A DNA stretch of 64,000 nucleotides from a virus (Duplodnaviria; Caudoviricetes). The notes beneath the pieces are model-generated. The model was not told where the DNA came from and did no database searches. It worked only from the letters and a program-made list of their open reading frames with translations. The stretch is from IMG/VR virus record IMGVR_UViG_3300028833_003520; one strand, given 5' to 3'. Shown in pieces: positions 18,616-27,060 of this stretch (its first letter is position 1; every line of letters starts with the position of its first letter). Both the position numbers and the translations under genes were made by a program.

Positions 18616-19056
18616 TTAGTAGTCAGCACTACAGTCTTCTGTGTAGTTTTCTACAGATTCTTCTTCAGTATCAGTTGTTTCTGTGTCAGAATCGTCTTCT
18701 GCAGAGTCACAGCGATGAGCACAGTTACTACAATCGCAGTCACATTCAGATTCGAGTTCATCCATATCTATAGGTGGATTGCGAACTTCTTCAGGAAGTG
18801 CCATATACTCTTCCTTCATCTGTCTATAAGCAGAAGCGTCCATCCAAGATGTCTGTCTGGCATCATTCTTAGCCCAGCCTACTTCCTTATCCTTGTAGAA
18901 GAATGTAGCACCTTCTTTTGTGTATTCGATACGGCACATCTTGCGGATGATTGTATTTACAGTACCCCAAGAATCACCTTCGAATTCGTATTTTTCTGCC
19001 TGCTTTGTCTGAATAGCAGAGGGAACGAGTTTAGCGAGATTAGACTTGATAGACAT
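18616..19056 (-). CDS. Hypothetical protein with acidic Cys-rich C-terminus
   Basis: AAAGGAG RBS, monocistronic cassette. Confidence 0.8.
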   Translation of the reverse strand: MSIKSNLAKLVPSAIQTKQAEKYEFEGDSWGTVNTIIRKMCRIEYTKEGATFFYKDKEVGWAKNDARQTSWMDASAYRQMKEEYMALPEEVRNPPIDMDELESECDCDCSNCAHRCDSAEDDSDTETTDTEEESVENYTEDCSADY

Positions 19057-19220
19057 AAGTGTGTCTCCTTTCTATGAATAAAATAATGTATTTTATGAGT
19101 AGAACCCAACCAAGAGTTTCTATCTCAAAGATATCCTGAGCAACCAGGCTGGTTGCCCATTGTCTGACTGCCAAGCGGTCAGACTTTTTGTGTAATCACT
19201 ATGATTATAAAGGGGATATG

Positions 19221-19253
19221 AAAAAAGAAAATGGTGATACAAAAGTATCACCA
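19221..19253 (-). terminator. Intrinsic terminator
   Basis: TGGTGATAC/GTATCACCA stem + U-tract on -. Confidence 0.8.
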
Positions 19254-19556
19254 CTTCTCTTCTTTGATGAGGTCGTACACAATAGGTAAGGCATTGAACT
19301 GCTTAACGAAATCTTCAACGGAAGTAGCCGTAATAGGAGCGTAGCCCTCATTCTTCGGCTTTACTTTAATCTTCCATAAGACATTGGTAATTTCGATACC
19401 TGTTTCTTCAAGATAGTTCTTGATGCCGTCTTCGATACCAAACCAGCACTTACCGTCATCGGTAGTGCTTGTTATGAGTAACTGTGTTGCTTCTTTTGTG
19501 AAGCCTCTCTTCTGAAAGAACTCGTCTTTCTTTGGATATACAAAGCGTGTAACCAT
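19248..19556 (-). CDS. Hypothetical protein
   Basis: AAAGGAG RBS. Confidence 0.75.
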   Translation of the reverse strand: MVTRFVYPKKDEFFQKRGFTKEATQLLITSTTDDGKCWFGIEDGIKNYLEETGIEITNVLWKIKVKPKNEGYAPITATSVEDFVKQFNALPIVYDLIKEEKW

Positions 19557-19566
19557 ATTATTGTGT

Positions 19567-19722
19567 TCACTCCTTTATTTCGTTCTTATTGAAGTTAGGA
19601 ACAACGGTGGGAACTTCGGCTTCAGGCTGAGGTTCAACAACAGGTTCCTCTGCATACATTTCTTCACAGCAGATATCTGTGAAAGGGTCGTAGCAATCAC
19701 CCTGCCAATTGTAGTTAGACAT
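19567..19722 (-). CDS. Small acidic peptide (51 aa, MSNYNWQGDC...)
   Basis: Not in ORF track; GGAGGT RBS, fills the gap. Confidence 0.65.
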   Translation of the reverse strand: MSNYNWQGDCYDPFTDICCEEMYAEEPVVEPQPEAEVPTVVPNFNKNEIKE

Positions 19723-19724
19723 AG

Positions 19725-20201
19725 TTATACCTCCGAAGTGTTCTTGTATTCTGAGATGAACATACCTTCATAATCGTAGATTACGAAATGTGTGGTGGTT
19801 ACACGAAGAATACGAGGATAGTAGCCTAAGTATGACCTGAATTCGTCACACATAAGTTCCTTTTCGTATCTGAATTCTTCGTTAGTTTCGTCGAAGTTAT
19901 ACTTTGCGTATAACGCAGCAATCTTCTTAGGAAACTCTTTCTTGTATGTTGCAACCTTTGCAACTGTAACAGGGTATTCGTTGAGTATCTTAACGATGCC
20001 GTCAAGTGTATCATCTCCGCCTGCGTCAAACGGTGCACCATAGATAAGGAAGAATTCTACATCTTCTTCTTTAGTGATGGTGTTTACCATCTGTGAGCAA
20101 GGTTCGATAGTGAGTGTGTCGTAGCCTGCTTCGACCACGATTGAGTTCCAGTTATTATTGATGAACTGCTTCTTCAGTTCTTCTCTTGTGAAGGTTTCCA
20201 T
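19725..20201 (-). CDS. Hypothetical protein
   Basis: AAAGGAG RBS. Confidence 0.75.
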   Translation of the reverse strand: METFTREELKKQFINNNWNSIVVEAGYDTLTIEPCSQMVNTITKEEDVEFFLIYGAPFDAGGDDTLDGIVKILNEYPVTVAKVATYKKEFPKKIAALYAKYNFDETNEEFRYEKELMCDEFRSYLGYYPRILRVTTTHFVIYDYEGMFISEYKNTSEV

Positions 20202-20224
20202 AGTAATTCTCCTTTCTTAAGGTG

Positions 20225-20593
20225 TTAATCATCAGTGTTATAGTTGTAATTAGGATTTCTGGCATAGCCGTTTATTGCATATAAACGCTTATCAGAAATG
20301 GAACAATTGTTATTTGACGGTTCTTTGTAAGTGATTACATTGTATTTACCGTCATCAGTTTTTTCGCTGATTACGAAATAGTGCGTTTCGTCAACAGCAA
20401 TGTTGATGGTTCCATCGGTGTTGTAGTACGCAAGATAAGGATTGAGGAATGTTTCTCTGATTGTATTGACGAATACACCTCTTTCCTTAATACGAATGAT
20501 TGCGTGCTTTGTTAAGCGGTAGTGATATGCAATATCGTATAAGACTTCCTGTGGTACTAACTGACCGTGTTTCTCAAATAAAGTATCTCCCAT
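20225..20593 (-). CDS. DUF4258-like protein
   Basis: LTKHAIIRIKERG..NVITY pattern; start MGDTL behind GGAAGGA. Confidence 0.55.
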   Translation of the reverse strand: MGDTLFEKHGQLVPQEVLYDIAYHYRLTKHAIIRIKERGVFVNTIRETFLNPYLAYYNTDGTINIAVDETHYFVISEKTDDGKYNVITYKEPSNNNCSISDKRLYAINGYARNPNYNYNTDD

Positions 20594-20722
20594 ATTCGTT
20601 TCCTTCCTATTCATAATGTATTAGAGAATGAAATCTCAAAAATGATTAGGGGCGAACGAACAGCGAGCCAATTTACACGCTTAGAAGGATGATAAGCGTG
20701 CTGTTAATCAGACTTAATTCTT

Positions 20723-20961
20723 AAAAAAAAAAAGCAGACATCTCATACGAGACATCTGCTTCTTTCATAGAAAGGCGGTTTATAGCAATGATAGACGGTG
20801 ATTATGGACATTCTGTCACGTCGCGGCAAAATCCTTATGCCGCCGTGTAAGTTTTCCGACTGTAAGGAGACATATTATGTCAATACTTTTCGATGCGTCG
20901 TTATGGTCAGACATTGGTATTTTCGAGGAACTCGTGTCTATCAGCCACGTAACCTATTTGT
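20723..20961 (-). ncRNA. Candidate sRNA A (two anti-RBS seeds + terminator)
   Basis: Terminator 20723-20760 (G.U pairs only on -); seeds 20763-20782 and 20864-20881; hairpin element 20969-20985 upstream. Confidence 0.6.
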
Positions 20962-21016
20962 TTTATGGATTTCCGTGCAGGAAATTCGTTGGGTAGGGGA
21001 TGTTAACAGTGCAAGT

Positions 21017-21092
21017 AAAAAGAAGAAAGGGCGAGTACGAATGTACTTGCCCGTCTTGAAGAATATATATACAAAGAGAACTCTTATAGATT
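21017..21092 (-). ncRNA. Candidate sRNA B
   Basis: GGGCGAGTAC/GTACTTGCCC stem + U-tract; hairpin element 21101-21115 upstream; no ORF. Confidence 0.5.
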
Positions 21093-21149
21093 CTCCATCT
21101 CTTTCGTGCAGAAAGTTGCTTTTATATCTAAATGGAAAGGTTTTATCCG

Positions 21150-21230
21150 AAAAAAAAAAGATAGCAACGGGCGGAGGAAACCCATTGCTATCTGAAAGGA
21201 GGATGTTTATGAAGAGTTTATTTCAAAAGT
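21150..21230 (-). ncRNA. Candidate sRNA C (CCUCCUUUC seed)
   Basis: Terminator 21150-21192; anti-SD immediately 5' of it; hairpin element 21237-21255 upstream. Confidence 0.6.
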
Positions 21231-21287
21231 TTTCTGGGCGAGTGGGCAATGAGCCAATTTAAGAAAGATATTTAAGTGTAATAGGAG

Positions 21288-21359
21288 AAAAAAAATAGGC
21301 ACTCCCCGAAGGGAATGCCTATCTTAAAATACATTATAGAAAGGAGGAATACTAAACTT
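21288..21359 (-). ncRNA. Candidate sRNA D (CCUCCUUUCUAUAAUGUAUUUUA seed)
   Basis: UUCG-capped terminator 21288-21322 on -; seed 21325-21347; hairpin element 21367-21383 upstream. Confidence 0.65.
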
Positions 21360-21464
21360 CTTATGGATTTTTGAACAGAAAATTGAGGTAAGGGTTTAAC
21401 GTCATCTGTAAAGATGACTTTCTTTTGGGCGTAACCAAAAGAAAACGGAAAGAACTTCACGCAG

Positions 21465-21562
21465 AAAAAAAAACAGGTATGCCGAATGGCATACCTGCGA
21501 AACACACATAAATTTTTCGTTAAGAATAGTCTAAGCACTACGAGCATTGTGTTTACACAGGT
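21465..21562 (-). ncRNA. Candidate sRNA E
   Basis: CAGGTATGCC/GGCATACCTG terminator + U-tract; hairpin element 21570-21586 upstream; no anti-SD. Confidence 0.5.
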
Positions 21563-21612
21563 CTTATGGATTTCCGTACAGGAAATACGTTTTAAGGAAC
21601 GGCAGTTTTGTG

Positions 21613-21641
21613 TTGACATTCTCCATATATGGCGTTATACT
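21613..21641 (+). promoter_or_regulatory. Sigma-A promoter of PcfJ-like gene
   Basis: TTGACA-17-TATACT. Confidence 0.8.
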
Positions 21642-21686
21642 GATTTTAAGTTGAAAAACTCTGTTTTTGTAAGGAGATTTATAGAT

Positions 21687-23966
21687 ATGAAACAATCAGT
21701 TTCTATTCCACTTAAGTCATTAAGGGAAGATAAAAAGTCAACCTTCACAGTAGATACTGTGAACGGAATTTGTGGTTGTGCCGATTGTAGAAAAACATAT
21801 CGAGCAACAAAAGAAGATACTTGGAGAGGTAATCGTTATAAGATGGACACACCGTGTCCTGATTGTGGTGGCAAGCAACTTTCAAGTTCACTTCTTTCTG
21901 ACCTTCCGATTGATACAACTGCGAAGACAAGAGCAAAGAAGAAGATGGCAATTAAGAAGGATATTAAGCAAGATGTATATCGTAGCGATGATGATAAGTT
22001 ACAGAGAGTAACGACCGTTAGTACCTACGATGTATTTACTATTTACCCTTCTAATCGTATGCATTCACAGACAATTGAATGTACATTCACGGCTGATATG
22101 GATGCAGGTACTATGCAGTGTTCTTATATGGATGTTACTGATAAGGAGCATCCTGTTCCGATTGGTATGTATGACCTCGATTCACAGTATGCGAACGGTT
22201 ACAATCAGTTCAATGGTCTTGAAGTAATGAATGCGAACTCGATTAGAAAGTATCAGACGAAAGGTGGTTACGAAAGGTCTATTGTACCTTTTGTAAATTC
22301 ACTGAAATATACATCTGATTCTTTTGGTAATAATGTCGTGTCGAAGAACTTGGCAACAACGATAGCAAATGAGTTTGATATTGAAGTTGACCAAGGTAAT
22401 GAGTCTCGTAGGATGGCAATGGTTGACTTTATGGTACGATATCCAGGTTTGAGAGATATGGTGCTTGAGCACGTAAACGAGAACCTTTCGTACAAGCAGG
22501 ATTTGACCGACCGAGAGAAGAGATTAGAGAGAACTAAGGAAGTCAACAAGTATGTTAAGCAAATGTCTAATGTTGACCAAAAACTCCTTGCTGACTTGAG
22601 ACAGTGTAAGACTGGTGATGAAGCCTATAGTTATCTCAGTCGAGTTACTTTCGGTAAGGAAGCAGACGGTTCAAAGATTAAGGATTCTTTCATCAGTCGT
22701 GTTAACATTGATGAGGCTTCCTTTGACGGTTATGGTATTCATAAGAAGATAAGGAAGAATTTTAATCAGAATCCTCTTGGAACTGCTAATTTCGTATATA
22801 CGACAATCGGTAAGATTGGCTTTAGAGATGTAAACCATCTTTATCAGATGCTTGACCTTATGGAAAGTCAGAAGACATCTGATGACGATTGGTATCATAA
22901 TAAGAAGGCATTCAACGGTGATACCATTACTCCGATTGAGAAGAAGTCTCAGTTACGTTTTATTAAGACTTATGCGAAGTCGCACACACCTGGTCAGACA
23001 ATCAAGGATTGGTATGAGAATAAAGGTAATTATGAGATGTTCAGCGATTGTGCAGATATGTACAATAAGATGTGTGAAGTTGGATATGTCTGTGCGACGC
23101 AAGCAGAATGCGATATAGCGTCTGCTGAAGATGCCAAGCGTAAGATTAAAGGTTTGATGGACGAAGGTATGGATAAAGATGCTATCGTCGAAGCAGTCGA
23201 GCCTTACTGGGCAGTTAATGGTGATACATCCGTAGCAACAACATTGGTCGAAAAGACTATCGAAGATATCAAGGTCAATGGTGTTGAAGAGAAGGTTGCC
23301 TTCTATGGTAGAGATGGTAAGCCGTTGATTTCGAATCGTACTCCGCAGGAAATTCACGATGAGTTGTCCAGGAAGAATCGTACTATTCAGGAACTCTCTG
23401 GTGGTCCGAAGAGAGCAGGATATACGAAGGAGATTAGAGATAGGTTTAATCTTGATATTGGCGATTATAAGTTCAGAATACCGAAGAATACTTATGAGGT
23501 AATCAGAACTGGTGAGCAGATGCAGATTTGTGTCGGTGGTTCAGGCTACTGTAATTCAGTACAGAGAGGAGACCCTCACTGTATTATCGTGACTATGGCT
23601 GATAAGGCTGGTCAGAAGGTAGGCTGTATTGAGATTAACAACGATAATATCAAGCAGTTTAAGTCGCCTCGTAACCACGCAATCTGCGATGAAAGATGCG
23701 GTAAAGGAGCCGTAGATGCAGCGAAGGAGTTTATCGAGAAAGCGAAATTAAATGACTCTTGTGAAGATGTACGTCATTTCTGTGATGAAAATTATGCACC
23801 ATATGGTGATGGAGATTTCACTCAGGCTCATCTTCCTTCGAATCCTTATCCGAGTCCTCGTGTTATGATGGCATATTTCAAGGGTGATTTAGGGAAGAAT
23901 AACCGCAAATTACCTGAAGTGCCTGTAGCACAAGCACAGGCTGAATCACAACAGTCTTTGGAGTAA
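21687..23966 (+). CDS. PcfJ-like domain protein with N-terminal Zn ribbon (759 aa)
   Basis: EIHDELS..FRIPKNTYEVIRTGEQMQICVG..Y..IEI..IKQFK..RN PcfJ-type C-terminus; CxxC pairs; start MKQSV behind AAGGAG and promoter. Confidence 0.75.
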   Translation: MKQSVSIPLKSLREDKKSTFTVDTVNGICGCADCRKTYRATKEDTWRGNRYKMDTPCPDCGGKQLSSSLLSDLPIDTTAKTRAKKKMAIKKDIKQDVYRSDDDKLQRVTTVSTYDVFTIYPSNRMHSQTIECTFTADMDAGTMQCSYMDVTDKEHPVPIGMYDLDSQYANGYNQFNGLEVMNANSIRKYQTKGGYERSIVPFVNSLKYTSDSFGNNVVSKNLATTIANEFDIEVDQGNESRRMAMVDFMVRYPGLRDMVLEHVNENLSYKQDLTDREKRLERTKEVNKYVKQMSNVDQKLLADLRQCKTGDEAYSYLSRVTFGKEADGSKIKDSFISRVNIDEASFDGYGIHKKIRKNFNQNPLGTANFVYTTIGKIGFRDVNHLYQMLDLMESQKTSDDDWYHNKKAFNGDTITPIEKKSQLRFIKTYAKSHTPGQTIKDWYENKGNYEMFSDCADMYNKMCEVGYVCATQAECDIASAEDAKRKIKGLMDEGMDKDAIVEAVEPYWAVNGDTSVATTLVEKTIEDIKVNGVEEKVAFYGRDGKPLISNRTPQEIHDELSRKNRTIQELSGGPKRAGYTKEIRDRFNLDIGDYKFRIPKNTYEVIRTGEQMQICVGGSGYCNSVQRGDPHCIIVTMADKAGQKVGCIEINNDNIKQFKSPRNHAICDERCGKGAVDAAKEFIEKAKLNDSCEDVRHFCDENYAPYGDGDFTQAHLPSNPYPSPRVMMAYFKGDLGKNNRKLPEVPVAQAQAESQQSLE

Positions 23967-23990
23967 TAAGGTAACGAAATTACGAAATAA

Positions 23991-24018
23991 AAATAGCCTG
24001 CTTTATGCAGGCTATTTC
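23991..24018. terminator. Bidirectional terminator between convergent genes
   Basis: AAATAGCCTGC/GCAGGCTATTT. Confidence 0.85.
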
Positions 24019-24042
24019 TTTGTAAGATTGTTTATAGAACGA

Positions 24043-24402
24043 TTAGCGAGGTTTATTTTGCCAATAGTTGTAGTTCTCGATGGCTCTTATGATTTCATAA
24101 GGGTCGAGGGAGTGTTCTGTGCCGCTAACAATACGTCTTCTGCCGATTTCATCGGTGAAGTGCTGACAGCACTTGATAGCCGTTCCTTGTAACATACCCT
24201 CGATTTTGTTATTGTATGCGTCAAACCAAAATATTTGGTTGGGTCGAACAAGGAAACTTTCCCAAGGTTTATCGGGAGATGTCATAAAATCGAGAGGTGG
24301 GACCATAATCTCAATCCACTCACCTGAATCGTTCTCAATCAAGTAACAAAGTTCCATCGGAACTCTGATAGATATGTGTGCATCTTTTTGTCCTCTGTAC
24401 AT
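24043..24402 (-). CDS. Hypothetical protein
   Basis: Start MYRGQ behind AAAGGGGAG. Confidence 0.65.
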   Translation of the reverse strand: MYRGQKDAHISIRVPMELCYLIENDSGEWIEIMVPPLDFMTSPDKPWESFLVRPNQIFWFDAYNNKIEGMLQGTAIKCCQHFTDEIGRRRIVSGTEHSLDPYEIIRAIENYNYWQNKPR

Positions 24403-24489
24403 ATAGACTCCCCTTTCTTTAATAGGCTCGTTATTCATTTTTGGTACGTATGCCGAGAAAAATTTTCTACGGTTAGTATAGCACAAATA

Positions 24490-26560
24490 TACTGATAAAT
24501 GAACAGAAAGTTTTGCTTTTTGGTAGTTGAGCGATAGCGTCGATGAGACTCGTGCTGGTCTGTTGCTGGTAAGCAGGCAGTTTCCTGCCTGGCTAAAACT
24601 TGGATACTGTTGCGGATACTTTGATGCAGTTTTTGCAAAGGCAAGTGCTGCGAAGTTGCTGCGGTTGGCAGCGAAATATTAAGTTATGTTCCGCCTGTCC
24701 CTGAATGTGATAAATCCCTGAGCATTGGAAGTAGCCCTTTCTTCTTGACGGGGTTGGATTTAGGCGTAAAGTTGCAGAAGGGTTCACACCTCACTTTTTT
24801 CTTGCTTCCGCCGTTACCCGAAGGTCGAGTTCCTCTTCTTTACCGTTTACCCAGAAGGTTCCCAGAACAGCCTCTCCTCTCCAGTTAGACTGATGGTTCT
24901 GATTCTCTCAAGCGTCGCAAAATTCTATAACAATATAGACCAAAAACGGAAAACGCATTCCATCAAATCGTAAATTTGTGTGTAAGATTTCTTAAAGGAA
25001 GACATAGACTAAAGAGACAACGAATTCGAGGGACTTGTCGTGAGAATGAGTGGCTTCTGCCTGATAAGAAATGAAGCCTTTCTTAAAGAAGAATATTCTT
25101 TGCCCTTAAAATGTGGTGATTTTTGGGAGAAACCACCCTTTTTGAAAGTATTTTAAGGGAAAAGGCAAGTGTAACGAAAATTGTATAAGTTTCGTGACAA
25201 AGAATTATTGTCTAACTACGATTTTATCGTGACTTTAGGAATGCCGCCGAGATGCAATGTGGTTAATCTATATAGTTTTCAGCATTTTGACAACCTTAAA
25301 TGTGATTACTAAAAGCAACGAAATACGGTGCAACCAATTTCATTGATTAAACTTGTTGGTCTTACTCTATGATTTCATCATTGTTGTGCCCTGCGTTTGC
25401 GGAGCGTAGAACCAAATTTCGCAGGAAATGAAGGGTTCTATTTTGTCTAAAGATGTTGAAGGTGAGGGTTTCTCACTTTGCGATAAAGATAGCAATAGTG
25501 GGGTTGAGCCAAGACATCGTTTAACTGTTGTTCTGATTACGATTTAATCGTCCGTTGCAAGAGCCAAGAGGGTCGAGGGAATTGGTATTCCCTAATTAGT
25601 CTTATCTTGTTTTCATTATTCGTGACAATTTCACGATGAACGACATCCAACCGCCTTGACGCGGTAAAGGATGGAAGTCTAATTTGTTGAACCTTTCGTG
25701 ATTTAGAAAGGTCTATATTTTTCTGCGAAGACACTAACAAATTTTGGAGCAACTTCTGCAACGATACACGCAGTTACAGAAGGGGAAACGAAAAAAAAAA
25801 GATTAAGGATGTTGACAAGTTTATCTTGGTGACCTCACAAGAAAAAAAATAGGAATATACAGACTTTAGTGTCTGCACATTCCTATAGTAAAAAAAAAAA
25901 ATGGACATCTCGATTAAGAGATATCCATCTTTTCTCCGAAAAGGAGCATAACAGAAAAAACATCACAAGTGATTTTGAGTCGGGTACACCGACTTGTTGG
26001 TGCTCCTCAAACCGTAGAGGTTTGAATTTTCGTGAGAAAATGGAGCCGCCAGGAATTGCGACATTAAGGAGCAAATCCAAGCGAAAATCCGATGAATATA
26101 AAGTGGTTAAAAGATAAGCGATGTGCTGGTGGTGGAAGTAGTGAATCAAAAATTCGCTGTAGAGGATTTTGAGGCTTAATAAAGCCGATAGCATTACAAA
26201 GAATAATGCGAAAAAAAAGGTAAAAGGATTTACGTGTCCAGCACTTTATGTGCTGAAAAGGAGATGAAAGTTAAGTATGTTTTGTTGAGTATAAACGAAG
26301 CAAAAATAATTAACTTTTAGCGGAATGACAAAGTAGCACGGACCAAGAGGTTGTGAATTGTGTCCGAGCGTAAATATAATGTCAGTATGTTAATCCAAAG
26401 GCTTACTGCCGTATTGTTATTTTAAGGCTGATAGCCGATTAAACTACAAGATTAGTTTGCAAAGTTTTGTTGTAAGTGTTCGACAGTTTATCTGTCGCTT
26501 CGCAAGAGTTCATCGTCTGCTCATTAAACTTTTTTTGTTAGTTTTTCACCAATGTTTAAT
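24490..26560. other. ~2-kb non-coding, hairpin-rich region (candidate origin / regulatory hub)
   Basis: No credible ORF; many stem-loops; tandem minus-strand terminators at 25842-25928. Confidence 0.5.
25890..25970 (-). ncRNA. Candidate sRNA F (antisense to RBS of gene 29237)
   Basis: Terminator 25890-25928; seed 25940-25956; CACAAGT box and AGTCGG-GTACA-CCGACT hairpin upstream. Confidence 0.65.
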
Positions 26561-26586
26561 GGTGTTAAGAAGGTAACAGAATAAAG

Positions 26587-26622
26587 AAAAAAAAAAGAAG
26601 GACAGTCAAATGACTGTCCTTC
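26587..26622 (-). terminator. ssb terminator
   Basis: GAAGGACAGTCA/TGACTGTCCTTC + U-tract. Confidence 0.9.
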
Positions 26623-26649
26623 ATAAGTTTATTCAATTGTAGAGAGCGA

Positions 26650-27060
26650 TTAGCCCTTTGCAGGAGCCTCTGCAGCCTTAGCAGCCTCTTCAGCCTTACG
26701 CTGAGCACGAGCCTCTGTAACTGCCTTTGTCTCAAGCAACTCGATAGAGTCGATTCTGCAAACCTGTCCATAGACCTGCTCGCCAGAAGTCTTGTCTGTG
26801 TAGTTGTTGCTCTTGAGGTGATAGCCGATTGCTACGAGGTCGCCTTCGTGCATAAGTCCGTAAACGCCGTCCTGCTTATCTGCAGGTACGAAACCTTCGA
26901 GACTTACGAACTCAGTTGTCGTGTTGCCCTGAGCGTCCTTGTAGTTATTGGGAACTGCGAGTGTTACCATCATCTTGCGAGAACCGTCGCCATTCTGAAA
27001 TGCTGCAACAGCCTTTGAAAGTCTTCCGATAACGATTCCTGAATTCTGTGCGTTTGCCAT
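26650..27060 (-). CDS. ssb: Single-stranded DNA-binding protein (no acidic C-terminal tip)
   Basis: OB-fold SSB motifs IGRL..TLAV..T.FV...GDLV.I...L.SNNY; AAAGGTGG RBS. Confidence 0.8.
   Translation of the reverse strand: MANAQNSGIVIGRLSKAVAAFQNGDGSRKMMVTLAVPNNYKDAQGNTTTEFVSLEGFVPADKQDGVYGLMHEGDLVAIGYHLKSNNYTDKTSGEQVYGQVCRIDSIELLETKAVTEARAQRKAEEAAKAAEAPAKG

Noticed and set aside
136-20593. Prophage
   Set aside because: Genes are phage-like in size, but no terminase, capsid, tail, lysin or integrase is recognisable, and the regulatory motifs tie the region to the plasmid backbone. It cannot be fully excluded beyond the window edge.
21058-21080. sRNA B pairing with the start of gene 24402
   Set aside because: Only ~14 nt of AT-rich pairing with three G.U pairs; too weak to claim.
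20798-21262. 154-aa + strand ORF, and the first 67 codons of ORF 21486-23966
   Set aside because: They run through poly-A terminator tracts; the PcfJ-like gene has a clear promoter and RBS for the ATG at 21687.
21193-21262. Type I toxin peptides on the + strand behind the SD-like seeds
   Set aside because: Unit C gives a hydrophilic 17-19-aa peptide, D gives MDF*, and F has no ATG. Only unit A yields a 39-aa ORF, which is kept as a caveat.
20723-21586. CRISPR array or retron-like repeat array
   Set aside because: Modules share architecture but not a constant direct repeat, lengths vary threefold, each has its own terminator, and no cas or RT gene is seen.
24435-26194. Short ORFs (60-103 aa) in the 2-kb intergenic region
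   Set aside because: No RBS, overlap hairpins and poly-A tracts, non-protein-like composition.
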